A DNA stretch of 61,793 nucleotides, counting the filler, from Choristocarpus tenellus KU-1152 (Eukaryota; Protista; Phaeophyceae): the NCBI GenBank assembly GCA_964200185.2. It is 10 parts of 10 records of this genome, joined end to end, with 100 filler letters (N's around TTAATTAATTAA, not from the genome) between each part and the next. Parts side by side here need not be neighbours in the genome. Positions count along the whole stretch, not along the records: positions 44,257 to 49,255 come from CAXNAD020012223.1; positions 49,356 to 61,793 come from CAXNAD020001836.1; 8 more parts are not named here. One strand, given 5' to 3'. This document shows positions 46,669-60,602 of the stretch, one piece after another; position 1 is the first letter of the stretch; each line of letters begins with the position of its first letter. Both the position numbers and the translations under genes were made by a program. A model generated the notes under the pieces. That model was given only the letters and a program-made list of their open reading frames with translations. It was not told the DNA's origin and did not search any database.

Positions 46669-49255
46669 TGTTACTTGCTACAACATTCCTTTTCTAGGAT
46701 TATTTTTGGTGTGATATAATAACCCCCAGACAATATTCTCGTAGCCACCTAACAAAAACATTAGTATCAATTATCCCGTTATCCAACAATGGTTCAACAA
46801 CTCATTGTTTCTCCAAATAATAATAATATTTTACACTTGAATAAAAAACATATTCTTGACACAGTCCCCTGCTTTGAACTTCTGTGGAACTTCAAATAAT
46901 CACCAAACAAAACACATCACATCACACAGTTCCCATAATGATATCTGCGTGCCCATCGAACAATTCCTTAGACAAACCCATGGAAAAGATCGGCATGTTA
47001 GAATTTCGTGGGTACATACATATCCAATCTTCACTTTCCTTTCCCTCTCTATCTGTCGTACATAGGGGTATCTAATGCCTATGTGCTTGGTTCTACCACG
47101 AGATACTGCCTTCTGTGAAACCTTTATGGCACCAACATTATCCTCAAACACTGATACAGGGTAATCGTTACAACGTGGTTGCATGAACATGTGTACTTGC
47201 TTGAGGAACAGAACCTCTTTCCCCAACTCACACAGTGCAACATACTCAGCCTCAGCAGTAGACGGTGCAACCTTTTTCTTCTTCCTAGACCACCAGTCAA
47301 CACATCCTCCTCCAATCATCACAACACCACTAGAAATAGATAGTCTACCGTCCTTGCAGTTTGCATAATCAGCATCTGTATAACCAATCAACTGATCCCT
47401 TGGTCCATTCCCGTACAAACCAAAATCTCCAATGGTAATTGCCATGTTCTGTAGCACCCAACAGGTACCCAATCTCTCTCTCTTAGCATTAAACCAATCA
47501 GACCAACTTGGATTATCCTCACAAGATGCCAACTCCCTAACTGCAAAAGATACATCGGGTCTAGTTATGATAGCAGCCCATTGCATACCTCCAATCAGAG
47601 TGAAAGTATCTTAGAGGGTACGAGTTTTGCCCTTTTGGTCCGTTTGGGACTTGGCTTCCCATGGGTTTTTTATGACATCTTCCTACTCTGAAATGTTCCG
47701 GAGTAGGTAAAAAGCATACAATATGAAAAGGTGTGTCCGGAACAAGGATATTGACCCTTGCTAGCAAACACGATAGCCAAAATTACATCGAAATCGCAAC
47801 ATTGGATTTTGACCCTCAAATGGACACGTTCTACCCTCCAAGATACTTTGACTCTCATAGATCTGTAGTCGTCTGGAACAGGCCTCTCCTGCTCCACCCT
47901 CTTTGGGATGGGCTGTAACTCGTAAGTCGTGCCAATACCATATATTTTAGCCAGCTCTCCGATGTAACAGCTCTGGTCCTCCACATGTGTCTCAGTTTTC
48001 AGTTTTCCATCCAGTTCCTTCTGATCCTGCATCCCATGAATTTGGTCACCTCACCTAAATTCCCCTCCAGGAACTTCTGATTAAGTCCCTCGATGACACC
48101 TACAGCTTAATCAGCCCCTGGTTCCTCGCCATCAGCATGTCATCAACATGAAACAATCATGATCATTATAACCTCACCATCCACCATCAATCTGAACAAA
48201 CATGGATCTGCCTCAGATTGTTCCAATCCCAGCTCCAACAAAACTTCCACCAGCAGAAGTTCCAGTTTCAAGAAGCCTGGACTATCCTATACAGGGACTT
48301 CTTCAGTAATCTCATTGCAAACTTTTCGTCTTCCCTTCTGGTAGTTCCACATACAAGGTTTCCTCCAAGTCAGCCAGTGTGAAGGCCTTCTTCCCCTCAC
48401 TATGGATTTACACGTACTTCAAGTTTGCCGCTAATGCAAGTAACATGCGAAGAGAAACATGGGTAGTTGTGGGTGAAAATGACTCAAAGTAATCCTCCCC
48501 CTTCCTTTGTTGAAATCCCTGGACAACCAATCTGGCCTTGTACCATTCCACGTCTCCACTGGCATCCACTTTCCTGGTAAACATCATCTTAGTTCCAAGT
48601 AGTACCTTACGGCCATCAGTGGGGCGAGGTACATGTATCCACACTCCCCTGCTGTCCACATCATCCGCTTCTTTATCAACAGCTGCTTTCCACAAGGGCC
48701 ACTCCTCAGACTCCATCGCTGCTCTCATGGCCTTAGCTTCTGGTGGGAAGGGATCTTTCTTTCCCACCTACAAGTAGACCAGCCAGTCTCCACTCATACC
48801 GTACTGCACGTTCTGATGGTTCACCAGGTTCAGGTGGGAAGTCGCTGTTATGGCCGACCAGTGTCAGTAACAACATTCCACCACTCCCCTGCTGTGACGT
48901 AGGTGAATCCATACCACCAGTACCAGTTTTCAGCATCCCATCAGTACTTCCTTCCTCCACAGTGTTCTCTAATTCTACTCCATAATCCCCACCTCCAAGT
49001 TCCAAATCGAAATCTGCACGTTCCCAACACACTCGTTCTGGGATCATTTCCTCTGGAACCTCTTCTTCCGATCCCAAAGAAGTCTACTCCAACACCAAAT
49101 CCCCAGTCCTCAGCCTAACGTCTTCTTGCTTCTCCTCCAAGATTCCATCCCCAGTCTTGTTAGTCCCAACGACAGAATAAGGTTCCCAAACATAGTCACC
49201 CCTGCTGACTATTTGCCCTGAATTTGTAAGAAGAACCCGCAAAGTGTCTGGGGGG
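46669..49255 (-). mobile_element. Decayed Ty1/copia retrotransposon: RT, RNase H, PPT and 3' LTR
   Basis: RT motifs WKAAVDKE and WYKARLVVQGFQQRKGEDYFESFSP. RNase H motifs TRPDVSFAV, GYTDADYA, STAEAEY and RTKHIGIRY. PPT-like AAAGCAGGGGACTG (46875-46862) precedes a 193-bp LTR, TGTCA...TAACA (46861-46669). Confidence 0.93.
47598..47854 (+). mobile_element. MITE family A nested in copia pol
   Basis: TSD TCA. Removing the element and one TSD restores DYRSMIGGMQW in frame. Confidence 0.95.
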
Positions 49256-49399
49256 NNNNNNNNNNNNNNNNNNNNNNNNNNNNNNNNNNNNNNNNNNNNT
49301 TAATTAATTAANNNNNNNNNNNNNNNNNNNNNNNNNNNNNNNNNNNNNNNNNNNNACACATCGAACAAACCCAACCAAAACAAAAAAAAAACAAAAAAA

Positions 49400-49454
49400 A
49401 AAAAATTAACCCCAAATAGACAACGGCCCCCCCCCCCCCCAGATACTTTGAGCC
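49400..49454 (+). mobile_element. MITE family C right end
   Basis: ccccaaatagac...cccccagatactttgagcc. Confidence 0.75.
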
Positions 49455-52100
49455 AGTTTCTTCAAAATATTACTGTGTGCTCTGACATTTTCCAGATGAG
49501 TCAGGGGAAAAGCGAAACCAACATCACAGGGACCCCTGAAAAAACAACAGTTGTCCTTATGTGGAAGATGTCCTTTCTTCAAAGTTACTAGTTAAATGCC
49601 AGGTATACAGCAATGCCCCCTTAAAGGTTCGTGATTACCATATTATGTGTACACTGCAAGAATAAACTAAATTATGTATAATTTGGTCCACTGACTTTTA
49701 TCGTCGACTACAACAACTATTCCTACTGTATAATTTATGTATTGAAAAAAATGTATTGGAGCAGCAACTATAGAAGAAATAATGATATTATTGTTGTTAT
49801 AGGTGAAGACAGATGGCTTCACTTGTAAAACAATCATCTAGTCGACGGAGGGAGACAAGGTATTATAGTGCCCTTGTTTCCTTAATGTTTAGACATGTTA
49901 CAAGTAACATATATACATTCGGTTGATACTTTAAAGACCACCCAAAATAAGGCGAGTCAGTCAAGAAGTCCACCAATTTTGGCTTGAAAAACGTTTCTAA
50001 TTGAGTTTCACGCCAAAAAGGCATGTTTCGGGTCGTATTAGACAAATGCAACATAAAGTGGACGGACATGCCTGTCAAGGGTGGTCAGAACCCCATTTGT
50101 GGCCACATATCAACCTACCACACAGTACCTTGTATATACTTTGGCAATGCCATGTGCAGCAAAACTTCGCTGCGTCCATTAATACCATGAAGCCTAGACT
50201 ATCACACTTCTCTGGCGTAACAAACACGTCAATGGAATTTGTGGCACTGTTGTGGATTCGGATGGAACAATGAGTTGAAGAGGTTGTGCGATTGTCACAC
50301 TCCCAACAGGCAGCAGGTATAATCTTGACAAGGAGAAAAGTGACGAGAGCAATAGTGATGAAGAGCCAAATATATATAGTCTTGTTGTCAAAAGGTTGTC
50401 CAGCACGAGGCCATCTTGAGGGGAAAGTTCTCAAAACTTGTTTAGGGGCAGTGCCTTGTCCAGTGCAGCAAACCGCAGAGGGAAGCTTAAGGACACTCCA
50501 GGTGGTGACAACAAAAGAGGTGATTATATTTTGGCAGAAAAAGTGGAATGTTGGAAACCCTGACATGAAGGCTGGCGACCCCAGACCAACAACAGCATCA
50601 CTGGGGTTGAGGAATGGCGATAACCAGAGGAGCATGAGCATGTAGTTAAGGCCTTGGCGCAGGACCTCAGGGGTGAAAACTGCAAGTAAGGCTAGTGAAG
50701 AGGGGGGTGAATCACTTGGAGATGAGAGCGAGACACAGACAGGTTAGTGATGGTGATGGTGATACTGTGACTGGAGGGGCAAGTCCTCCTCTGCCTCCAT
50801 TTGTTGAAGTGGTGACATCTTTATTATTGTTGGAGGCAGACGTGAGAGTGGATTGGATCGTGCCTGGACATTGTTATTAAAGGAAAAAATGAAGTTCTTG
50901 AGTGCTTCAGCTTTTGAGACGTCCGATCGAGACAGATATTGGATAGTTCTTTGACTGATTTGTTTGTAATATGGGTTCTGTTCTCTACACAAGTAACATT
51001 ACATGCATAGACCTGAAAGAAATAAAGGTTGTAATCATGTGGGATCACACTTGCTTTTTAAATGCCAACGTTTCGAGCCCATATAACAACCGATTTTGTA
51101 AACTGTCCACTTTAAGGCATATGAAAGGACAATAGAGAATTTCCCCCTACATTTTTCTTATGGCTCTGATGAAGCAATGTTTCCCCAGTGGTAATAGTAC
51201 CGGTTTAGGTGATTACAAGATTGCGTTTCCTTCACGCTTACATCCCCCCTTTCCTGTTTCCTTCGAAAAAACTAATTTGTTAGGTAAAGAGCTCCCCCTG
51301 ACACGTTTCAGGTGAGTAAACAAATGATTCATGTGTCGAATGTCAGACTTCTGACTGCCTTTTCCCGTTTACTACACCTAACGTGTATATGCTAAACAAC
51401 TCAACTGCAGAAGATCTCCAGTTCAATGGACCATCCAGATACCTCGGCAATGCAATAATCCTTCAATTACATTGTTTAACCACAACGTCAACCTGATGCC
51501 CGAAACATAAATCCCATAAACCCGATAACTCTTTTTACACAACACCAGTACCACATGGAGGAACGCTTCTTATTGTGTAAGAATTTCCTTTTTTCTCTGA
51601 TTCAAAACCGACACAGCAGTTACCTCTCAACTTCAACCTTCAACTCTCCCCTCCTCTATTGAACGGTTTTGTGTTTGTGTCTAACTTTGTGACTCGTTTA
51701 GAGATGACGTACCCGATTCCATCTGAAATGTGGGTCAAGTGTTCACAGTTTTTCCAATTTAATTACAACACAGTTCAAAAAAAAAAACTTGCTATTGTTG
51801 TCATAACTATTTATATTTATATACACAATATAGTATCTTCAAAATTAGGATAATCTTATGATGTGTGTCCGTCATGAAACGTTTTTGTTCTGCTGGTTCA
51901 CAAACCAACCCAACCTAAGTGATGACGTTTAGGTGTCCCTGCGTGCTCTGGCGAAAGGCTATAGCTTCCAAATGAGAAGCAGATCTGCCAGCAGTTAATG
52001 TTTCGAAGTCTTGATCCTGAAATTGTGGGCATGTGGTTGCTGACGAAGAATAGTTGAGAGCTTACACGCTTCGAATTCGAACCAAGGTTAAATTTGGAGT

Positions 52101-55100
52101 ATGGAGGTTGGGGAGAGTGGCCGCAGTTCCGCCACTCTTCGTCAAGTTGGCACTTCCTTAACTGCCGACTCCCCCAAGAGCTCCAATGGTGGCGAAGCTC
52201 TGAACAGTCCTGCACTAATATCGCCTCACCTGTCAAGTGCCGCCTCATTTGCACATACAGCACTGGGAGATCTCCTTGGTCCTGAGGAAGGGACTGGGGG
52301 AAATGCGTATGGTGGAGCTCTCCCCAATCTCCAGGGATCTCTCGTCAGTCCCCAAACATCCACAAAACAATCACCACCAACAGATTTAGGGGCGCCAAAT
52401 GCCAGTACCCCCTCGCAAGTTGGTGCAAGGTACCACGAAGAATGGAATAGTGATCGAGAAAATGCCGAAAGCCCAAAGGACTCCAACGCTTTTCTTCCCG
52501 CATCTCTGGTGGGAGGTCTTTCAACAATATCGCAAGATGACATGCGAAGCACCCCTATGTCTCCAGCCAGCTCAGAGGATAATGCTGGATACAACCGGTC
52601 CCCAACTTCAAGGATAAGGACCCGTGTCACCAGGAGGTAAGGAACATCTCGTCGGTATGGGCAAGACGTCAACTCAACCCTGGTGCATGAGACAAACGTA
52701 TTGGTTCTGAATATATTTTATAAACCTTTTTATAAACCTTTAGTAGAGTACATTTGAAGCACGCGCCTAACATTTAATGGTCTCACAGTCAGCAAAGAAT
52801 GGCGCACACACCTCAACCAGAGCCACAACGTATACTACAATATTTATTAGGAGGTACCCCAACTTTAATCTCCAACCACTAAAGACGTAGCTGTGAAAAT
52901 AACTTCCGTCATCGATACCTTAGACCCAGAAGCGTGGGGCGGAGAGGCTCAGATAAGAAGAACAAGGAGCATGTGAATATCACCACTTTGGAGAACTTAA
53001 AGGTGTTCCTTGACGAGAAGCAGGAAGATGCACGCAGAGCTCACGCCCGTCGTACGACAGAACTCGAGACAATACTAAACAAGGAGGAAAAATACTTCAA
53101 TGCCTTGCTCGAGTAAGTGTGATCTAACTTATGGTCATTATTTCCACCCCAGAAAGGTTGAACGCTCCAAACAGATATTGCATGCTATTTTGTTGTCCCT
53201 GATCAATGGACGACCATTGAAAGAGCACTGCCATCTGAGGTATCATGTCAGGCGACAGAATAGTCCCAAGAGGATTTCATTGGCATTGATTTCCATCATA
53301 GCTTCAATTGACCTATTGTTCCATCTGACCCTAAACACCTTTGACATTTCATGAGGCTACTACAATTTTTTTTTCTGCATTTCGCTTGGCTCGTATAGCA
53401 ATGAGGTATCGAACTTTGAGCGAAAGCTACTGTTGGAGGGTGAAATCCTCAGGGGCCAGCCAACTTCTCTTCAAAAGAGGAACAGTCGCCGCTTTTCCAA
53501 CGAATTCATTGGTGATATTGGCGAGAAGAAACTCCGAGATCTGACTGTCAAGGTCAACGTCCTGAGAAAGCGACTAGCAAATCATCATGCAGAAGCTCGG
53601 GTACTTCTTGAGAAAAAGATCCAGGTGGAGAGATCGAGGTGGGCTATGCCAAGGATTGAAGGATAGGGTGCGAAAAAGGTAACAGGCAGGACAATACTAC
53701 ACAGTGTTTGATCTCACTTAAGCCCCCCTAAGGAGATATACATATATGTATATGTACATATGTGTTGACCATGCAACCTCCATGCAACTTTATTCTCATC
53801 ATATCTAAATCGTAGTTTCAAGCACCACTTCCAGGATTACCGCCTTCGAGATATACTTTCATTTATGTGGCACTGGGATGATTTGCATATCCAATTATTC
53901 CCTCACAACCTTAACCCTTAGCCTAGTGCTTTGCCATTTAACTGAATTGTTGTCACAAAGGATATATCTTATATATTTAGTCTACACCTATCTTTGTTTA
54001 GCCATAAAAGGAGCACTGAGCACCATTTGTAGAATTTGGAGTATATGGAGTAAATTACTAAAAAAATATTGAATTTGGCACTAGTATGATATTATATTTC
54101 GAGACAGGTAGATCATATAGGATTGGAAACACATTTCCACCTTCTCGAATTTTCCAATAATCTCTATCTGCTATTTTCCACATCATCTATGGTACACCGA
54201 GAGATCTTGAAGCAGCTACCAGCTCTCCAATACCATTGCCTCCCTATAATACATGATTCTCATTATTGACATGAGATTCTCCTCACAAATCCCTTCATCA
54301 CTAAATTTCAAAGGATGAGTCGTATCGTAGCTTCAAACCTCGGAAAGTACGCCATGCCCAACTTAGCCGAGGGGGCAAAGAAAGATATACTCTTGAGTAT
54401 TCTGGACTACCTCAACAGCAACGAGTTTTCGCGAATTGTCACAGCATCATCCTCAAGTTCCTACAAGTCGCCCGATTTTGTGAAGCGTGCCAATGATGAG
54501 ATCAAAGCCATCACCCTTACTCTCAGTATCATGGACACTAGCGCAGTTGACAGGTATGTACTTCTCAGATGTGTAAGTGAGATGGGGGGGGGAACTCCAT
54601 ATGCTTGTAGCATATTTGGTAGGCAACCTGGTCCTCAAAGAATGTTTATCTTGGTAGCCTTTTCTTGCTGCATGGTAGAACTCATTTGCCTGAACCAATA
54701 TTAATTTTTAAGCTGTATTTCATGTTTGCATTTGGTGGAAGGAGTGTGGGAGGAGCTTCTACTATTGTACAGGATCATTCGCTCTCACTAGAAGAGGACA
54801 TTGAGGCTTGAGGTTAGGTTGGGGTTGCTGTCAGAAATGGGTTTCTCCTCTACTGTTTCATGACTGCTCACTAGTTCATACAAAAAACATCAAACCTTGA
54901 GGTTAGGGTTGAGCTGAGATTATCTTCCAAATCGAATTTGTCAAGTAACTTGCAAAGAGCTTTGAAAGTGCGTCGGCTCTGTGCACAAGGTCCATTCTAT
55001 GTGGATAATAACAGATCTATATACTGCCACATGAAAACATATTATAACTATAATGCTGAGTCTTTCCCCCACGCAGCACTCCTTTGAGGGAGGTAGCACC

Positions 55101-58100
55101 TGGAATTAATCGAGAAATGGAGATGCTTGCAAGCAAGAATAATATAGAGCATCCACGGATACTGGATGGCAAGGTGCAGTGGCAATAGAAGGTGTAATGC
55201 CTTTTCAAGAGACTATCAAAAATTACCTCCAGAAATATGTCGCCATCTGTGTGCTGTGGGGTTCTCTCCCTCAATGCCGCTTAAGGCTTTCACTATTGCT
55301 TATCAATTCAACACGGAAAACACCTGCACTCATTCATTCAGATTGAGACAAAATGAAACCTTGAGACATTGGTTTGTGAACTAGCTTCTCTGTTTCTCCT
55401 CATATAACCACAGTTTACCATGCCATCCCTTAAGAAATGAAGGGAGGTGTGTACAAGATGCAACGCTAACAATGGAGGAGAGGGAACATGGGGAAACGAA
55501 TAAGCTGTTAGCCATATACTATATTGAACCAATAATATAACATCAACCTGAAGCACTCTCTCTTCTTTCAGTCATTTTTCCTGATCTTGTGACGAATTTT
55601 AGGACTAAGGAGATGTCAATATAGGAAGCTGTGGTCAGGGCCAAGACAATCACAACTCTATTTTATCTACGATTCCTTAAACTGAGGGTGGGGGAATGGT
55701 GGGAGAGTGTGCATTGCTTGGAAATTTTTTATGTGTTTGGACCTGATGGTAGGGACATAACATTTCCTCAATAAGGCAAAGACTTAATGAAAAAATATAA
55801 GTATAAATCAAGCGCATGCCATAAACCTCATGCAAGAGCAGGCTGCTACCAGCGAAACTGTTTTCCTTATTTTGTTGTGTGCCAAAGGGGAAACGGTGCA
55901 TGTGTGTTTGTCCAGATCAGCTGAAGCCCTTGAGTTGTGCAGTATAAATGGGTCAAGGTCTCAACCTATCCTGGATCTGTATCTTTCCGTACACAACACA
56001 AAATTTGTTTGGTTCAATGAATAGGTGGGGAAAGCAGATATTCAGAAAACTTCATATGGTGAGATTCAAGGGGAAAATAATTCATTGAAAGGGAGAACTG
56101 CAGATTCCTTGACACAGGAGGAGGGCCAGCTCGCGCAGCTTGAGAGGCAGCTGCAGCTGGAAGCCGAGACGACTAGGTAAGTTGCAGCTGGAGAGGTGCT
56201 GTGTGAGTTTCAGGACGCTGAGTATATCTCGCTGGGATATATTAAACCAGAGTTAACTGTTCCTAAGCTGTGAAATATCACTAACTATAGTGCTGACGAT
56301 GTGCCTCATGAATATAGTCTGTATGCTTCAACTCGATAGATCGCGACTTCAGGAAGAGATGCATCAGCATCAAGAGCAGTTGGAACGGGAGCGCCATGAG
56401 CTTGCCAAGCAACGGACTGAGACAATAGGGATGCAGGTAATGGCCAAGACTATCGAAATCCAAAGGAGAATGGGGGCATGGGAGACTCAGGGGCGATGTG
56501 TCTCCCTTGATGTGTAAATCCTGTGCCCAGCAAGGAGGTGTTCTCGTTTTAAAAACAACATAATGAGATGCATTGTTGCCATACATTAGAGCGCACAAGT
56601 AAAGTTGAGGACATTTATATTACATGTCCAAGGGACTGTGAATTCAAGGGTGGGTCCTTAATCACTACATTATGTTTGTTAGACAGTATATCAGTCTTAT
56701 GATACTAACCAAAGGTCAACACACTTCAAATCAACACACCAATTTTGAAAGGGTGACAAAGTCAAGGTCTTGCTTTTGGAAGCAGTATGAGGCTACTGGG
56801 AGGTGTATAAGGAACGATATCGAGATAAATGCAGAAAAAAATAGACCGGGAGACTTGGGTATGAAAGCAAACTTTTGCACCCACAGATCGATCTATTTGT
56901 CAAATGAGTCAGTATGATAGATTGATCATATTACCTTCTCAGCTAACCTCTCAATTTTTTCCATTTTTCTGGTAAAGATCAGGTCAAGATTGGAACGTTT
57001 CATACTACCTAGGTTGACCTGTAGTCCAACTTCAAATTTCCTTGAAGCTTGACTGTCCATAGTGTTCAATAAAGTATGGTACATTCATATGTTTTTTATT
57101 CTCTCAGTTTTTTGGCTTTAGATTTCAGCACTGACCCAAGGCCTGTAAGACGGTATGAGTTTTGCCCTGTTTGTCTGTTTGGGGCTTGACTTCCCACAGG
57201 GTTTTTGGGTCCTTTTTCGGTTTTCTATATGAACACAGTTACCTAAAATGTATACGACTATGAAAGGTGTGTCTGGAACAAGGATATAGACATTTCCTAA
57301 TAAACACGATAGCCAAAATGATATCAAAATCGCAACATTGGATTTTGGACCAAAACGGATGCGGCCCTACCCTCTTAAATGCTTTGACTCACTGGCTATT
57401 CCCTCTATCATATGCCGTTCTTGGCTTCTGTTCCCCCTCATCGACACCTCAAATCCCATGCGACAAATGAATTCAGAAAGCAAACACCCTCACTAAATGC
57501 AGACATTCACACAATTTTGAATATTGTCTTACATCAAAGACAAACCGCATTTTTTCAGCTCCCACTCTTTGGGAAGGAGGGTGGATAGGTAGTCCAGAGT
57601 CAAGCCAAAATTCCATGTGCATGTGCAATACCTGTAGACTTTTTCAAGAGCAAGTCCTGGCCTAAAATGGAATATGATCATGGGATTACAGTGCTTTGTA
57701 TTGATTGATATGTTTTGGGTGTACCACAGCTATCAGTGTCTTTTACATCAACATTCGATTGTCCGTTAGTCATACTCTGGACTCTATTCCCCTCAAAAAA
57801 CCTGTTATGGTAGTCTGTGCATTATAAATTTAGAAGTAAATTCCCATTCCTTACAAGTGGATGAAACAAGTGATGCCAGGATCAATATCAATCACTTTCA
57901 GGTGGTAGTGAGGTTGCAAGGAAGATGGCTTTATTTTGGATCAATGAAACACCATTCCGAGCAACTATCTTATTGTGAAAGTTTGGCAGCTAAAAGTCTA
58001 TCAAGTGACAAAAAGAATCATGCTTAGGTGATTTGAAACATTTCTATCACGCGACAAATGAGTGTGCAATGTTGTGATCATTGGATTTCATGTGAGAAAC

Positions 58101-60565
58101 AGGCTGGGAGGGACCTTTCGTGATTGCAATCCGCTAAGCACAGTTAGCTTATTACATTGTTAAAGAACGGGCTGTTTCTGTGTGTCCATACTGAATCCCT
58201 ATCAACCACATGGCTGCCCCAAACGTAGAACACACATGTATATACCTGCTATATGTAACCCGAGAATATTGTTTTCATTTCATGAATATAGAAGCTGACA
58301 TTCTCATACTAGAAATGATAGAGCTTCTATTGAAGCAATGACCTGAACACTTAGCAACCCATCCAAAACGTTACGCTTAGTAATTAGTGAAATTGTTCGG
58401 TTTTAGACCACCACCGTTGGACATGGATCCAGACAAAATGTACCAGTTGTTAATTAAAATGGCATTTTCAGTGGTGTTAACTAATTGCCTTTCATTCTTG
58501 AATCTATCTTATTTTCTATTTGCACTACTCCTGTCTGTTGGTATGACTAACTGAAAAAACAAAACTTCCTTGCTCTAGAAGTCTGTGCCAAGCAGAACAA
58601 TTTGTGATGTCCAACTCTCCTTGACGTTGAAAGGCAAAACTGAAGAAAGAACGAAAATTAGTCAGCCGTAAGCATGAGGAGCTATTGAAGCACCAAGAGA
58701 ACGAGTTCAAAAAACACAAGGAGGAGCTGGCACTTCATAAGGCTCACCTTGTGAAGCAGGAAGAGGTGATGTTCAGTATATGAATCCAGAGGGAGAATAG
58801 CTTAGACCAGAGAATCTAGAAAACAATGACAATTGCTGAGAAAAACGGTGCTTAGTGTGTCTCAAAGCACAATGCTCTACTAGGTATTGCTGACCATATA
58901 TAAATATGTACTTTTTATAGTGAAATGATAGAATATTCACACTTACACCTGCTAAAACATTGGTAGTTGCTGGGATTGAACAATAGAATACTGGGTATTG
59001 CTATTAGTCCAAAGTACTGCAGATACGTTATGCCTTCTATAGCTATTTATAATCAAACTTTGGTCATCAACCAAACTGCTATAGATTTTTTTCTGGAAGT
59101 GAATACAATCTAAGCTTTCAGTTGAGCTCTGGGTGAGAAGATGTGCCTGCTCTCGAAAACTCATAGCTGTGATTGTGGCAGTAACAGTCGTATGATGACC
59201 ATTTAATTTGCAGGAGTCACAGCAGCAATTTGAACGACTAAAAAAAAAAATGGAGATGGAAGGTGAACAGGCTAAGAAAGAGAGAGAACACCCTGTGGAA
59301 ACGGTGTCAAATCTCCAGGTAAGGAAAAAAATGCATCTGAAAATTGCACCAGGAATATCCTACAACATTGAATCATGCCGCTGCAACTTCTATTTTTTCT
59401 GTGGCAATCGAATACGGCTGCATACTTGAGAACCTCTCAGCATTATTAATACATAGTAATGTACATCACTTCAGACCTACCTAAGTTTGGGGTATCACAT
59501 TGCTGCCTTCTGTTCCTGAGTGATGCCAATGCTGTCGTGAAATTATTGCTCTTACATGTTGACCCTATCTTGGATTCTTGACATGATTTCCCTTTGACTG
59601 GAATGCATATTTTTGCAGAGAGAAGTTCAATTGGAGAAACAGAATGTGACGAAGCAACAGGAGCAGCTACTGAGAGAGCAGGAGGCACTGAGGCAGCTGC
59701 AGGAAGAAGCTCTTGAGAAGAAAGAAAGACTGGAGGACGTAGAAGATAGCACAGCAGGAGGAGGAAGGGATACCCAAGCAGGAAACCTCAGGTGATCAGT
59801 ACCCTAGGACTTCAAAATGTTATTCTTCTAGTTGTCAAAAGGAACTGAAAGCAACGAGTAGGATACTCACTAATGTTGAAGCTCATGTGCACATGCATGT
59901 CCCAAATTCAAGCTCCGTATATTTTATTCCCATGCCGACAATGATTTGATTCAGGTATGCGAATAATATTAGGCTTAAGAACCCATATGCCAATCCCATG
60001 TTTGGGATCATGAACAATCTCCATCATCAGGAGCCTATGATCAGCACTTCCCCCAAACCGAAAAATCTGGACGATCTCCTCGAGTCAAGAACCTCGTCAA
60101 CCAAAACACAAAGGTCCCCTCTTCCACCAAAACTTGCTCTTGGAGATAAGGTGGAAGCCTTTTGCCAACCAATTGGTGCTTCACTTGGGAGCAAGGCATT
60201 CGTAAGCGGATGTGTCACATACTGCAATCCAGAGGGTACACTTGAGGTCAGCCTTGATGACGGTCGAATACTAAGGAACGTTCCATTCCAAGATGTTCGC
60301 CCTCTTCGACTGATCAGTTCTGATGGGGCTAGAAGCAATCTGAGTGATAGAAGGTAATGTGAACCTGGTCACCACCAGCTGACACTACAAGAACTGTTGA
60401 TGAGCATACTTTATACTATATCTCGCATAATTGCGATGCATGGGCATGGTCGGAAAATCAATGTAGATAGCAGAAACAGGACCTCTATCACCGTGTGTCA
60501 TGTATTCGATCATCCTTCTTGCATCTATCCCTAAGTGCTGAGCAAGTAACCCAAACCCTACACCG

Positions 60566-60602
<37 letters not shown>

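Noticed and set aside
3918-49355. Recurrent TTAATTAATTAA motif as a biological repeat, recombination site or array
   Set aside because: It is always centred in exactly 44+44 Ns, so it is a synthetic six-frame-stop linker.
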